Below are positions 37,544 to 47,509 of a DNA stretch of 64,000 bases, piece after piece. This DNA is from Minisyncoccota bacterium (GTDB lineage: Bacteria; Patescibacteriota; Minisyncoccia; Phycocordibacterales; UBA9973). The stretch spans positions 17,116 through 81,115 of the forward strand of contig JBAYHJ010000003.1 of NCBI GenBank assembly GCA_041666225.1. Reading direction: 5' to 3'. Within the stretch, counting starts at the first letter, position 1, and each line of letters opens with the position of its first letter. Under the pieces are notes generated by a model. The model made no database searches, had not been told where the DNA came from, and saw nothing but the letters and a program-made list of their open reading frames with translations. The position numbers and the translations under genes are program-made.

Positions 37544-38248
37544 TTAATTTTTAATTACTTTTTTAGTATGTAAATTGTTATCACTGACTATTAATCCATC
37601 ACGAATAGTTATTATCCTATCTGCATGTTGAGCCACATCTGGTTCGTGAGTAATTAAAATGATAGTTCTACCTTGTTCTTTATTTAGTCTCTGAAATGTA
37701 CCAAGAACAATTTCTCCTGTTTTGGTATCCAAATTCCCGGTTGGTTCATCGGCTAAAATAATAGTTGGATTGTTCACAAGAGCACGAGCGATAGCGACAC
37801 GTTGAATTTGTCCACCAGAAAGTTGATTGGATAAATGTAAAAAATGTGATTCATCTAATCCTGCCTGAAGAAGGGCTTCCTTTGCCCTATGCTCTCTTTC
37901 AATAATTGGTATACCATCATATACAAGCGGCAACATAACATTTCTTAATACTGTAGTTCTAGGTAACAAATTAAATGACTGAAAAACAAAACCTATTTTA
38001 TCCCGACGAATATCAGCAAGCTCATCATCAGACAAAGTAGATACATCTTTTCCATCTAAAAAATATTTTCCATCAGATGGGTTATCTAATGCTCCGAGTA
38101 TATGCATAAGCGTTGATTTACCTGACCCAGATGGTCCCATAATTGCTACGAACTCACCATCTTTTATGGTAAAGCTAACACCCTTAAGAGCTTGAAATGG
38201 TTCTGCTCCGCCATCATATATTTTTGTTATATCATGTATTTCTATCAT
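37544..38248 (-). CDS. ABC transporter ATP-binding protein (MacB/LolD-like)
   Basis: Walker A GPSGSGKST, signature LSGGQIQR, Walker B ILADEPT. Confidence 0.85.
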   Translation of the reverse strand: MIEIHDITKIYDGGAEPFQALKGVSFTIKDGEFVAIMGPSGSGKSTLMHILGALDNPSDGKYFLDGKDVSTLSDDELADIRRDKIGFVFQSFNLLPRTTVLRNVMLPLVYDGIPIIEREHRAKEALLQAGLDESHFLHLSNQLSGGQIQRVAIARALVNNPTIILADEPTGNLDTKTGEIVLGTFQRLNKEQGRTIILITHEPDVAQHADRIITIRDGLIVSDNNLHTKKVIKN

Positions 38249-38249
38249 A

Positions 38250-39875
38250 TTAATTTCTGGGCGGAGTTCCTCCTCCGGCTCCCATACCCCTAGTTGCCCC
38301 CACAGAATTTAGTATACTTGGAGTACTAGTGGTGGAAGAAGTTTTTGAACTAGTTGTCGTTTTTAATACAATTTGATCACCTTCGTTAAGCCCTGAAATT
38401 ATTTCTGTTTTTAAATCATCTGATAAACCAATAGTAACTTCTTTTCTTACTGGGGGGACAGCAGATGTTATTCCATTTATATTGCCCATACTAGGAAGTG
38501 GAACTTCAAACACCTCTACATATACTTTTTTGTTTTTAGTTTTAATAGCACTACTTGTGACAGTAAGAATATCTTTTTTTTCTTGCGTAATTATTTCAGT
38601 ATTGGCACTCATGCCTGGTTTTATTCTGTCATCATCAGAATCGAAGGCGATTTTAACATTATAGGTCACAACTCCCGATGAAACAGTTCCAACTGGGTCT
38701 ATTTCTGCAACTACACCTGAGACCGATAAACCTTCAATTGCATCAAAAGTAATTGTTACCTTTTGTTCTAATTTAATTGAAGTGACATCGACTTCATTAA
38801 ATGGAATTGTGACAATTTTTTGTTTTGTAATCAATGTTCCCACACTTGAACCAGAAGACTCGCCAACCTTGGCTGTCAGTGTAGCGATTACTCCATCAAA
38901 CGATGCATAGATAAAACAATCATTATACGCGTACTGCTTAGATTGTAATGATAATTCTGCTGAACGAATATCTAATTCATCAGAACCTGCAACTGTATCT
39001 TTTAAAGACTGCTCGCCTTCTTTAATACCATTTATTGATGATAGTAAATTATTTACATAATTATTTGCACTACTTATCCAAGAAGTTATATTTGTCCTAT
39101 TTGAAGCTGTATCCGAATTATTTTCATACTCCAAGTCTTCAACAACATAATTAAAAGCTGTCTCTGTATTTTTTACCGCGTTAGCAATAATTTTTGATGA
39201 TTCGTAAGATTTTTTTATTAATTCATTGATTTCATCTTGAGAACTTGATCTAGTTAAAGATTTATACAATTTTGAAATATCATCAATACTTTTTTTAGCA
39301 TCATAATAACTACTCTCAGCCAAATTTACTTTTGTTTTTCCACTCGAACTTAGACTCGAGATATTTTTATAACCAAGATAACCATCACTACTATAAAGAC
39401 CTTTTAAATCACTAATAATCAAAGTCATATCTGTGACAAAAGAAGAAACACTATTCCATCCATTGTCATATGATTCATCTAAGCTATTTTCTTTTTGCAA
39501 TAAAGTGAGAGCATCAGGATCTTTTGTTAATTTCGCTAAACTAATTTGAGCATTTTCAAGCGCTATTTTTGCATCACGAGAATCAACACTAGCTATAAGC
39601 TTTCCTTTTTTTACTATATCACCGACTTTTACTCCCACGTAAGTTATGTCGCCTGTTGTTTTTGGTTTTATATCTATCGTATTTGAAGCCTCAACTTGAC
39701 CAGTCCCAGACACAGTAGTTATAATATCTCCCTTTTTTACATTTTCAGTAATGTATCTTGTTTCTCCACTAGCGCTATTTTTAAAGATAAAATAAGCACT
39801 AACAGCAATAATGACGATGGCAACGATAGTTATGATCTTGTGAGACAAGATGTATGTTTTTATTTTATTTATCAT
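38250..39875 (-). CDS. HlyD/MacA-family periplasmic adaptor (membrane fusion protein)
   Basis: N-terminal TM anchor, coiled-coil/lipoyl-like architecture, C-terminal Ser/Thr-rich tail. Upstream of the ABC ATPase and permease in the same operon. Confidence 0.7.
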   Translation of the reverse strand: MINKIKTYILSHKIITIVAIVIIAVSAYFIFKNSASGETRYITENVKKGDIITTVSGTGQVEASNTIDIKPKTTGDITYVGVKVGDIVKKGKLIASVDSRDAKIALENAQISLAKLTKDPDALTLLQKENSLDESYDNGWNSVSSFVTDMTLIISDLKGLYSSDGYLGYKNISSLSSSGKTKVNLAESSYYDAKKSIDDISKLYKSLTRSSSQDEINELIKKSYESSKIIANAVKNTETAFNYVVEDLEYENNSDTASNRTNITSWISSANNYVNNLLSSINGIKEGEQSLKDTVAGSDELDIRSAELSLQSKQYAYNDCFIYASFDGVIATLTAKVGESSGSSVGTLITKQKIVTIPFNEVDVTSIKLEQKVTITFDAIEGLSVSGVVAEIDPVGTVSSGVVTYNVKIAFDSDDDRIKPGMSANTEIITQEKKDILTVTSSAIKTKNKKVYVEVFEVPLPSMGNINGITSAVPPVRKEVTIGLSDDLKTEIISGLNEGDQIVLKTTTSSKTSSTTSTPSILNSVGATRGMGAGGGTPPRN

Positions 39876-39878
39876 AAA

Positions 39879-40394
39879 TTAATTAGTTTTATTATTGAGA
39901 AAATCTTCGGGTGGAGCAGGAATAAATCTGATTAATTTGGCTTCGATCTGACCAGAAGAATTCGGGCTCCCAATCACAATTATATATTCATCGATTTTTA
40001 AATCCTCTTTAGTAACAATGTCTCGCATTTTACGAATTTCTGTCTTGTCATCTATTACGATTACTTTCTCAGTCTGATCCTTCCCGTCAAAAACGACAAT
40101 GGTAGGTAGTTCTACTTTAATAATCTTTCCTACGGCTCCGTGTGCATTTGGCATATTCCCAAAATCTCCAAATTCTTGCTCCATCATACGAAAAGATTTA
40201 TGAGGTGAGCCGAAATTTTTTTCATAATTATTTCCCCAGTCACGGCCAAATGATACTTTTCTGAAACCAGCAATCATGCCCGCTTGAAATATAAAAAATG
40301 CAATAACTAAAAACCCAAGAGTATATGTAATAATCTTGAAAGTTTTAGAATTTAAAAAGTTTTTTATTTTATTTTTTATTTCATTTGTATTCAT
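39879..40394 (-). CDS. Membrane-anchored hypothetical protein
   Basis: 171 aa with one N-terminal TM segment, in the operon between the anti-sigma candidate and the adaptor. Confidence 0.4.
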   Translation of the reverse strand: MNTNEIKNKIKNFLNSKTFKIITYTLGFLVIAFFIFQAGMIAGFRKVSFGRDWGNNYEKNFGSPHKSFRMMEQEFGDFGNMPNAHGAVGKIIKVELPTIVVFDGKDQTEKVIVIDDKTEIRKMRDIVTKEDLKIDEYIIVIGSPNSSGQIEAKLIRFIPAPPEDFLNNKTN

Positions 40395-40399
40395 ATTTT

Positions 40400-40852
40400 T
40401 TAAGCTATTGATAATTTATTTTTAAATTGATAAGAGGCTCGTCTTATTGAAATAAATAAAACGAATAATAAGAAAAAAGAAAGAGCTAGACTTGCCACTG
40501 GTAGTGAATCTGCAAGTGAAAGTGTATACTCTTTCCAATATGTCGCGATAACACCACTATCTGAAAATGCCAGAGAGAAATAATCAAAAAATCCTAATCT
40601 TATTAATTCTCCAATCAGACTCTTGATAGAAAAAACACTCCCAGATAGTGACAATACGCTTAAGCTCAAATAACCAAATTTTTTCCGTTTGGTTATTTGA
40701 GCTTTCTTTACTTCAATAGCAGTCCAAACATCACCCGAAAGTCGACTCTCTGGATGATATGCTGCTTGTTTGAATAATTTTTGTAAATTCTGTTCCACAT
40801 TTATATATACGAACAACTTCCCCTTTTGGTGCAAAAAATAAGGTTCGAACAT
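40400..40852 (-). CDS. Putative anti-sigma factor (membrane protein downstream of an ECF sigma)
   Basis: 150-aa TM protein immediately after the ECF sigma gene. Assigned by position only. Confidence 0.3.
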   Translation of the reverse strand: MFEPYFLHQKGKLFVYINVEQNLQKLFKQAAYHPESRLSGDVWTAIEVKKAQITKRKKFGYLSLSVLSLSGSVFSIKSLIGELIRLGFFDYFSLAFSDSGVIATYWKEYTLSLADSLPVASLALSFFLLFVLFISIRRASYQFKNKLSIA

Positions 40853-40869
40853 TATAAAAAAGTGAGATA

Positions 40870-41418
40870 TTATTTGAGCATTTCTCTTAATATAGTTAAT
40901 GCTCTGTGGTGGTGACTTTTTACTGTATTTAAGGGTTTACCAAGAAGTTCCCCTATTTCTTTAAAAGTCATATCTTCTTGATAATAAAGAACAAGGACTT
41001 CTTTATAATTGGTAGGAATTTCGTCTAAAAGTTTATTTAAAAATTCTTTGTCTTCTAATTTAATTAGAGCTTCATCAGGTAGGACTACATCATCCTCTAT
41101 ATTATCGGCAAAACTTTCTTCTTCTTTATCTAAGGCTGAAAAGTTTATCATTTTTTTCTTTCTCAAATAATCAGTGACGGTATTGCGAGCTATTGTAAAA
41201 ATCCAAGTTTTAAAACTCGCTTTGTTGTAATCGAATTTTTTAATATTTTTCCAGACTTTTATAAAAACATCTTGGACAATATCATTGGCATAATCAACAC
41301 CAACAAAACGTGCAGAAAAATTAAAAATTGATGGTGTATATTTATATACCAACTCTTTAAAAACCTCTTCATTACCAAGTAGGTATTCCTTTATTTTTAA
41401 TTCATCACTATTCTCCAT
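40870..41418 (-). CDS. ECF-type RNA polymerase sigma factor
   Basis: Region 2 (DIVQDVFIKVWKNIKKFD...FKTWIFTIARNTVTDYLRKK) and region 4 HTH. Confidence 0.8.
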   Translation of the reverse strand: MENSDELKIKEYLLGNEEVFKELVYKYTPSIFNFSARFVGVDYANDIVQDVFIKVWKNIKKFDYNKASFKTWIFTIARNTVTDYLRKKKMINFSALDKEEESFADNIEDDVVLPDEALIKLEDKEFLNKLLDEIPTNYKEVLVLYYQEDMTFKEIGELLGKPLNTVKSHHHRALTILREMLK

Positions 41419-41504
41419 TAATACAATATACTCCTAAATCACTAATCGCGAAATTAATTATTTTACATATTTTGTGTGCTATCGCTTACAGATTATGTAA
41501 AAGT

Positions 41505-42125
41505 TTAGGTTTTTTTGTTGTAATCTGGGTGACTTTCTGGAATAGAAAAAATATAATTTGCATATCGAGACATTGCAAATAATACACTAGAAAGTCTATT
41601 CATATAAGAAATTGTATGGGGATTAATATTTCTAACTCCTTCTTCAGAAACTGCAATAATTCGACGCTCCCCTTTGCGGGCAAGAGTACGGGCAAAATCT
41701 AAACCTGAACTTATTAAACTTCCTCCTGAGATAGTAAAAGAAGTAATCGGTGGTAAAACTTTTCCTATTTCATTTATTATTTTTTCAATTTTAAGTAATT
41801 CTTTTTTTGGAACAAACATTTTTGATCCACCAAGTTCTGCTTGAATAACAAAAAGATTTTGCTGAATTTCCTCTATAAGACTGCTATATGAAAATTTCCT
41901 TGAGCCAACTTTTAAAATTACTTTATCAATATCGGCGTATACTTTTATAATTCCTAAATATGCATTTAATTCATCAATAGAACCCAGTGCTTCAATAAGG
42001 GCAGCGCTTTTAGAAATTCTAGTTTGCTTACAATCAAAAAGAGTAGTTGTACCATTGTCTCCAAAACCTGTATATAAGATATTTTTATCTTTTTTAAGAT
42101 GATTTTGTATCTTCTTCATAAACAA
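41505..42125 (-). CDS. ATP:cob(I)alamin adenosyltransferase, PduO/MMAB type
   Basis: YTGFGDNGTTTL...ALGSIDELNAYLG N-terminal signature. Confidence 0.75.
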   Translation of the reverse strand: MFMKKIQNHLKKDKNILYTGFGDNGTTTLFDCKQTRISKSAALIEALGSIDELNAYLGIIKVYADIDKVILKVGSRKFSYSSLIEEIQQNLFVIQAELGGSKMFVPKKELLKIEKIINEIGKVLPPITSFTISGGSLISSGLDFARTLARKGERRIIAVSEEGVRNINPHTISYMNRLSSVLFAMSRYANYIFSIPESHPDYNKKT

Positions 42126-42163
42126 AGTATATCATGGTTTAAATCGAAACAAAAAGTGAAGCA

Positions 42164-42192
42164 TTGACGAAATTTATTAAAGTAGTATTATA
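42164..42192 (+). promoter_or_regulatory. Putative sigma-70 promoter for the 42240 ORF
   Basis: TTGACG, 17-nt spacer, ATTATA. Confidence 0.3.
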
Positions 42193-42239
42193 TTCATTAA
42201 TCTAATTCATTTAATTTTTGAACCTTTAAAACCAGTTCT

Positions 42240-42602
42240 ATGTCTACAAAATCTGCGTTTTTGTTTATTTCAAACCAACAATTTCAGAACAGAAATGATT
42301 GGGAAGCCCACAAAAAAAATGTAACCGGTAAGTTTAAAGACAGGGCGGTACATGCTCACCACCACAAGATGGATTCAGCAAAAAATTTCGCTGAAATCTC
42401 ACAGTATGAAGAGATAATAGTTGTATTTGATGAATGCCCTCATGCCACAATAAAAACCAGAAAAACCAAAATCGAAAGAAGTGCACCTGGAAAAACGATT
42501 TTATTTTATTCAAAAAATTCCGACAGCAATCATGCCGTGAAAGGAGTAACCCAAATAAATGGGATTCACGAACTACTCCCTGTGCCTGGACAAATGCAAT
42601 AG
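42240..42602 (+). CDS. Hypothetical protein
   Basis: 120-aa ORF with a plausible upstream promoter. The overlapping minus-strand ORF looks less convincing. Confidence 0.4.
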   Translation: MSTKSAFLFISNQQFQNRNDWEAHKKNVTGKFKDRAVHAHHHKMDSAKNFAEISQYEEIIVVFDECPHATIKTRKTKIERSAPGKTILFYSKNSDSNHAVKGVTQINGIHELLPVPGQMQ

Positions 42603-42624
42603 AACAGTAGAACAAAATTACAAA

Positions 42625-42660
42625 AAGGAGCTGTGTTAAAACAGCTCCTTTTCTATTTAT
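42625..42660. terminator. Bidirectional terminator
   Basis: AAAAAGGAGCTGTGTTAAAACAGCTCCTTTTCT. Confidence 0.65.
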
Positions 42661-43792
42661 AATAACTCCCCACGGCTTCGTTTACATTTTTATACCCATC
42701 TTTTTTTAAAAGTTCTGCAAGCTCTTTATTTATCTTCCCTATCACACTTGGACCTTCATATATCATCCCTGTAATCAGCTGTATAAGAGTGGCACCCCTT
42801 TTTATTTTTTCATAAGCATCATCTCCATTAAAAACTCCTCCGCAACCAATGACGATAAATCTATGCCCATATTTTTTATAAACTTCACTGATCAAATTAT
42901 TTGTAATTTTCTCTGTTGGCTTACCACTAAAGTTTCCTCGTCCTGCATTTTCGATTTCTTCTTTATTGAATGCTGGATTCTTTCTATCTTTAACTAAATT
43001 TGAAAAAATAAAACCTGAAACGTATTCATATTTTGTCGCAACCTCACAAAGAGCTAAAGTATCATCGACACTTTTTTCTAAATACATTTTTATAAACAAA
43101 GGTCTGTTTATCTGAAGTTTTTCTAATTTAGAAAGTAGAAAGTTTAAACCATTTGGAGTATCAAATTTTTCAGGTAAATTTTCAGTATTAATTAAATTTG
43201 GGCAACTTATATTTAATTCAAAATAAGTGAAATAATCTTCCTTCAAAACTCTTTGAAATGAAACAATAATATCCCCTGCCATCTCTTCAATGTCTTTGTA
43301 ATTCTTATTTGTTGAACCAATACTAATTCCAAGTGGAATTTTATTCCCGCCTTTTCGGCGGATCGCCGATGAGGCAACTTTTTTAACTTTTTCTAAAACT
43401 TTATTTATTCCTTCACTCTTAAAACCCTTGTTCACAAGTAGTGATTTTGATTTCGGAAGTCTACCAAGCATCGGTCTTTGATTACCTACATAGGGTAAAT
43501 TTGTAACTGTCCCGATCGTGTGAAAACCGAAACCAACCGAAGGCAATATATCAATCAAATCCGCATCATAATCAAAACCAGCAGCGAGACCTATTGGATT
43601 TTCAAAATAAATTTCTGAAAAATTTTGTGATAGTGATTTATTTTTATAAGAAAATATTTTTGAGGTTAAAATTTTTGTAAATGAAAATCTACCAAGAAAA
43701 TTTCCTGTTTTAAGAAAAAAAGTATGAACATCGTCCGCGGGAAAAAGAAAAAGCGTTGGCTTGATAATTTTTCTATATATTAATCCGATCAT
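42653..43792 (-). CDS. pyrD: Dihydroorotate dehydrogenase (class 2-like)
   Basis: GLAAGFDYDADLIDILPSVGFGFHTIGTVT and VNKGFKSEGINKV motifs. Confidence 0.75.
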   Translation of the reverse strand: MIGLIYRKIIKPTLFLFPADDVHTFFLKTGNFLGRFSFTKILTSKIFSYKNKSLSQNFSEIYFENPIGLAAGFDYDADLIDILPSVGFGFHTIGTVTNLPYVGNQRPMLGRLPKSKSLLVNKGFKSEGINKVLEKVKKVASSAIRRKGGNKIPLGISIGSTNKNYKDIEEMAGDIIVSFQRVLKEDYFTYFELNISCPNLINTENLPEKFDTPNGLNFLLSKLEKLQINRPLFIKMYLEKSVDDTLALCEVATKYEYVSGFIFSNLVKDRKNPAFNKEEIENAGRGNFSGKPTEKITNNLISEVYKKYGHRFIVIGCGGVFNGDDAYEKIKRGATLIQLITGMIYEGPSVIGKINKELAELLKKDGYKNVNEAVGSYYK

Positions 43793-43796
43793 TTTA

Positions 43797-44192
43797 TTAT
43801 TCTGTTGTTACTCCATCGAAATCTTCGCCGTTACTCTCGGCTTCATTTTTTGTAGAACGGACAATACCATCTTTGTGATGAGCAGGAGAATAAATTGTAT
43901 AAAGTTTGAGACCTTCAAAACCAGCAATAACATTGTGCCTTGAACCTGACGGAACAATAACAGCATCACCATCTTTTACATTGTATTCTGTTTCGTTGAT
44001 TATGACCTTACCAGTTCCTTTTTCGAAACGAAAAAATTGATCATTTTCTTCGTGAGTTTCCATGCCAATTTCTTCATTTGGGTCTAGACTCATAAGTACA
44101 AGCTGGCAATGAGAACTTGTATACAAAACCTTGCGAAAATTTTCATTTTCGGTTGTTAATTTTTCTATATTATCTTTGTAACCTTTTTTCAT
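43797..44192 (-). CDS. Cupin-domain protein
   Basis: 131 aa with cupin motifs (ETHEENDQFFRFEKGTGKV...DGDAVIVPSGSRHN). Confidence 0.7.
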   Translation of the reverse strand: MKKGYKDNIEKLTTENENFRKVLYTSSHCQLVLMSLDPNEEIGMETHEENDQFFRFEKGTGKVIINETEYNVKDGDAVIVPSGSRHNVIAGFEGLKLYTIYSPAHHKDGIVRSTKNEAESNGEDFDGVTTE

Positions 44193-44202
44193 ATATTTTT
44201 AA

Positions 44203-44315
44203 GGCGAAACAAATTATTTTACGAAAAAATGTCTGATTTAGAAGAATCACCTACTGGGTGGCTCCTCGTCCTCTTCCACTCAGACTTTTTTGTTATTATA
44301 ATTTGTGTAGCTTTC
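44203..44315 (-). repeat. Hairpin leader/MITE-like element, copy B (immediately 5' of the cupin gene)
   Basis: Shares CGAAACAAATTATTTTA.GAAAAAATGTCTG...GCTCCT.GTCCTC...GACTTTTTT...ATAATTTGTGTAGCTTT with 23772-23862, plus about 20 extra nt in the loop. Confidence 0.6.
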
Positions 44316-44337
44316 ATTAATTAATAATATTTCATTA

Positions 44338-45657
44338 TTATAACACTTTTAAATAAGAATCAATTATTTTATTAAATTCTTTCTCTGTGACATACCCCCC
44401 ATCAATAATCGTATCTTTTAATGTTTTTTTATTTTTAAGAGAATTATCCACAAGACTAGAAACTATATCATAACCTAAAATAGGAACAAATAGTGTCGCA
44501 TATGCTGTTGAATTTTCAAGATGATTTAAGCATTTTTCTTTATTTGCAGATAAACCGGATATGCATAATTTATCAAATAAATACAATGATTCAGTAATAA
44601 TCTTTGCTGATTCCAATAATTTATCTGCAATCACAGGGAACATCACTCCTAGCTCCATCTGAGCACCTTCTGAAGCTTTTTCAATAACTAAATTATTCCC
44701 AGACACCAAATAATACAATTGATTGATCGCCTCAGGGATAACTGGATTTATTTTGCCAGGCATTATAGATGAGCCCTTTTGCAATTCTGGTAAAACTATT
44801 TCCCCAATGCCCCCACTCGGACCCGAAGACATAAAACGGAGATCATTTGCAATTTTTGATAGCTCAACACAGAGAGAAACAAATAATTGAGAAATCATTA
44901 AAAAATCCGTTTGACTACTAGTGCTTGCCATTAGATTGTTGGTTTTTACAAAATGCTCTCCTGTAATTTTGTTGAGTTCAAGATAAACCTGCTTGATATA
45001 AGTAGGGCTTGCATTCATTGAATTCCCTATCGCTGTTCCTCCTAAATTTAAATTTAAACATAATTTTGAAATTCTTTTTATTTCATTTTGATATTTTTTT
45101 AAGTTATCAGTATATGCTTCAAATTCTCTACCTAGTGTAGTAGGGATTGCATCTTGTAGATGCGTCCTCCCGAGTTTTAAAATTTTTTTGAATTCTTTTG
45201 ATTTTAATCCTGTTGATTTAATTAACACATTGAGAGTTAGATCTAATTCTTTTATAAATACCAATGTTGAAATTTTTAATGCGGAAGGATTCACATCATT
45301 TGTTGATTGACTGCAATTCACATCGTCATTGGCATGAACTATGATTTTATTTTTTAAAATCTCTGTTGCTCGACTTGCTATTACTTCATTGATATTCATA
45401 TTAATAGCAGTTCCTGCTCCTCCTTGAAAAAAGGAAACTGTAAATTGATCTTTATGTTTATGACTTAGTATTTCATCACAGACAAAAATTATTGCGTCCT
45501 TTTTTGTTTTGTTTAAATTACCAGACTTAAAATTAGCTATTGCTGCTGCTTTTTTAATCTTAATAATTGAAAAAATTAGTTCCTCTTTTACGGGATGTGT
45601 CGAAAAAGGGAAATTTTTCAAGGCTTTTTTGGTCTCATTGCCATAGTATGTTTTCAT
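44338..45657 (-). CDS. Aspartate ammonia-lyase / class II fumarate hydratase family enzyme
   Basis: GSSIMPGKINPV signature loop; 439 aa. Confidence 0.8.
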   Translation of the reverse strand: MKTYYGNETKKALKNFPFSTHPVKEELIFSIIKIKKAAAIANFKSGNLNKTKKDAIIFVCDEILSHKHKDQFTVSFFQGGAGTAINMNINEVIASRATEILKNKIIVHANDDVNCSQSTNDVNPSALKISTLVFIKELDLTLNVLIKSTGLKSKEFKKILKLGRTHLQDAIPTTLGREFEAYTDNLKKYQNEIKRISKLCLNLNLGGTAIGNSMNASPTYIKQVYLELNKITGEHFVKTNNLMASTSSQTDFLMISQLFVSLCVELSKIANDLRFMSSGPSGGIGEIVLPELQKGSSIMPGKINPVIPEAINQLYYLVSGNNLVIEKASEGAQMELGVMFPVIADKLLESAKIITESLYLFDKLCISGLSANKEKCLNHLENSTAYATLFVPILGYDIVSSLVDNSLKNKKTLKDTIIDGGYVTEKEFNKIIDSYLKVL

Positions 45658-45718
45658 AAAATATTTATATGGATTAAGTATATAAACCTAATTTTATCAC
45701 AAAATAACCTAAAAATCT

Positions 45719-46321
45719 CTATTGAAGTTTGTTTAAAATAGTTTTTCGACTAAAAGATACAATTAGTAGTATTAAAATCAAACCACCAATTAAAGCGATC
45801 TTGCCTATTGTGGTGTTTATCGATTCCCAACTATCTGCAAAAAAATAACCAATAAGAGAATAAAAGGAAACCTGAGAAATACTTCCGAGAACTTCATGTT
45901 TAAGATATTTTCTATAAGGTGTTTTGCTTATCCCAGATAAAAGATTTACTGACAACGTCGAAAGAACCTCAAAACGGCTAGCAAAAATCAAAAAACCAGG
46001 ATGTTTATTAAATCTCTCTTCGATATTTTTGAAACCTTTTGAATTTAGTATGCGACGAAAGCCAAAACGATAAAGAACTTCCCTGCCATAAATTCTAGCA
46101 ACCCAATACCCCAAATTATCTCCTAAAATATTTGCAATAATAGAAATTATTATTATCCAAAAAAGATTTAAATACCCAACACTTGCAAAACCAGAAGCAA
46201 TCATTAAAATATTCCCTGATGGAATTGGAATAATAAAAGCTGCAACAAAAGATATAATAAAAATCGTTAGATATTTATAGAGAACTAAATACGGTATTAT
46301 GTTTTGGACGATAAAATCCAT
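45719..46321 (-). CDS. DedA/VTT-domain membrane protein
   Basis: About 200 aa, polytopic, DedA-like (GDNLGYWVARIYGREVLYRFG). Confidence 0.7.
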   Translation of the reverse strand: MDFIVQNIIPYLVLYKYLTIFIISFVAAFIIPIPSGNILMIASGFASVGYLNLFWIIIISIIANILGDNLGYWVARIYGREVLYRFGFRRILNSKGFKNIEERFNKHPGFLIFASRFEVLSTLSVNLLSGISKTPYRKYLKHEVLGSISQVSFYSLIGYFFADSWESINTTIGKIALIGGLILILLIVSFSRKTILNKLQ

Positions 46322-46436
46322 ACTTAAAATATACCATAATAATCTTTAAAAATCGTACTACTTGTAAAAACCTATAAAAAGGTTAATATACAGACTAATT
46401 CACATTAGTTCCATAAAAATCAGAAAGGAGAAAAAA

Positions 46437-46955
46437 ATGAATAAAATAGTAGCATTATTACTGAATTCATTCCTTATTCTTTTTGGAATCAATACAGCAG
46501 TACATATTTTTGAATATTTTCTTGTATTCAAAGATAGTAATCAAATGGAGAGTACTTTTTATTTTTTTTATATTAACATTATATTTAGATATTTATTAAT
46601 CTATTGGTATGACCACAGTAAAATTGATAAATTCAAAATAGAATGGTTAAAGAAAAATTTGAGTCAAATTTTTCTTGAGCAAAATAGTTTTATAAGTAAA
46701 GTTCACAAGTTAAACAAAATCAGGAACTTTATTAATAAAGTAAAATGGTTAAAATGGCTAGGAGATTTAATCTTTTTTATTGGTCTTTGTATAATTGAAC
46801 CATTGTTCGCAATACTTTTTCTACGAAAAGGAAGCTATGAATATAATGACATTCCAGACCTCCAAACATTATCATTATTTTTATTAGCTAACTTGTTTTC
46901 GGGATATACGGTTTTTTACACGTATAAAGCAATATTTATTTTGAATATTTTCTAA
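46437..46955 (+). CDS. Hypothetical membrane protein
   Basis: 172-aa ORF, Phe/Ile-rich with about 4 TM segments, followed by a terminator-like hairpin at about 46957-46995. Confidence 0.4.
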   Translation: MNKIVALLLNSFLILFGINTAVHIFEYFLVFKDSNQMESTFYFFYINIIFRYLLIYWYDHSKIDKFKIEWLKKNLSQIFLEQNSFISKVHKLNKIRNFINKVKWLKWLGDLIFFIGLCIIEPLFAILFLRKGSYEYNDIPDLQTLSLFLLANLFSGYTVFYTYKAIFILNIF

Positions 46956-47002
46956 AAAGCCGGTCACACTCATAATGTGAACCGGTTTTTATTTTTATAA
47001 TA

Positions 47003-47398
47003 TTATTTATTTGTATGATGCATCCCCATTCCTCTTCCATGTCCCTCTCCATTTTGTGGTCTTTGTCCATCGCTAGTCCTTAGATTTAATTCTTTTCGAA
47101 TTGCATTTGCTTCTTTGATTTTCCCTTCATGTGCGAGTTTCCAAGCTTTCACAAATTTGGGAAAATTATCTTTATTAATAACTTCAGCAACTCTTCGATT
47201 GCCAACTTTCTCTTCAATAAGATCTTTCCACCCCTCATAATCACTATTGGTCATAACTTCAGTGATTTGGGCCTCAAAATCTGGAGTATAATTTGGTCCA
47301 TTTTTTGAAAAATCACCTTGGTAAGCAAGGGCTGTACCCGAAACACCTAATCCTAAAACTAGTGCCATCAAACCACTCATCATTAATTTATTTCTCAT
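47003..47398 (-). CDS. Secreted hypothetical protein
   Basis: Signal peptide and a His/Gly-rich C-terminus. Last gene of a sigma/anti-sigma operon. Confidence 0.4.
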   Translation of the reverse strand: MRNKLMMSGLMALVLGLGVSGTALAYQGDFSKNGPNYTPDFEAQITEVMTNSDYEGWKDLIEEKVGNRRVAEVINKDNFPKFVKAWKLAHEGKIKEANAIRKELNLRTSDGQRPQNGEGHGRGMGMHHTNK

Positions 47399-47509
47399 AT
47401 TTTTTATTTATCAGATTATACTCATAATATAACATGATATTTTGATTAAATTTTATAATTATAGATAACCGTCGTCACCTACATCATTAATACGCAAGGA
47501 GTTTGAGAT

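Noticed and set aside
42334-42615. 93-aa minus-strand ORF overlapping the 42240-42602 plus ORF
   Set aside because: The plus-strand ORF has a plausible TTGACG-17-ATTATA promoter and is followed by a terminator. The minus ORF has neither. I kept the plus ORF, at low confidence.
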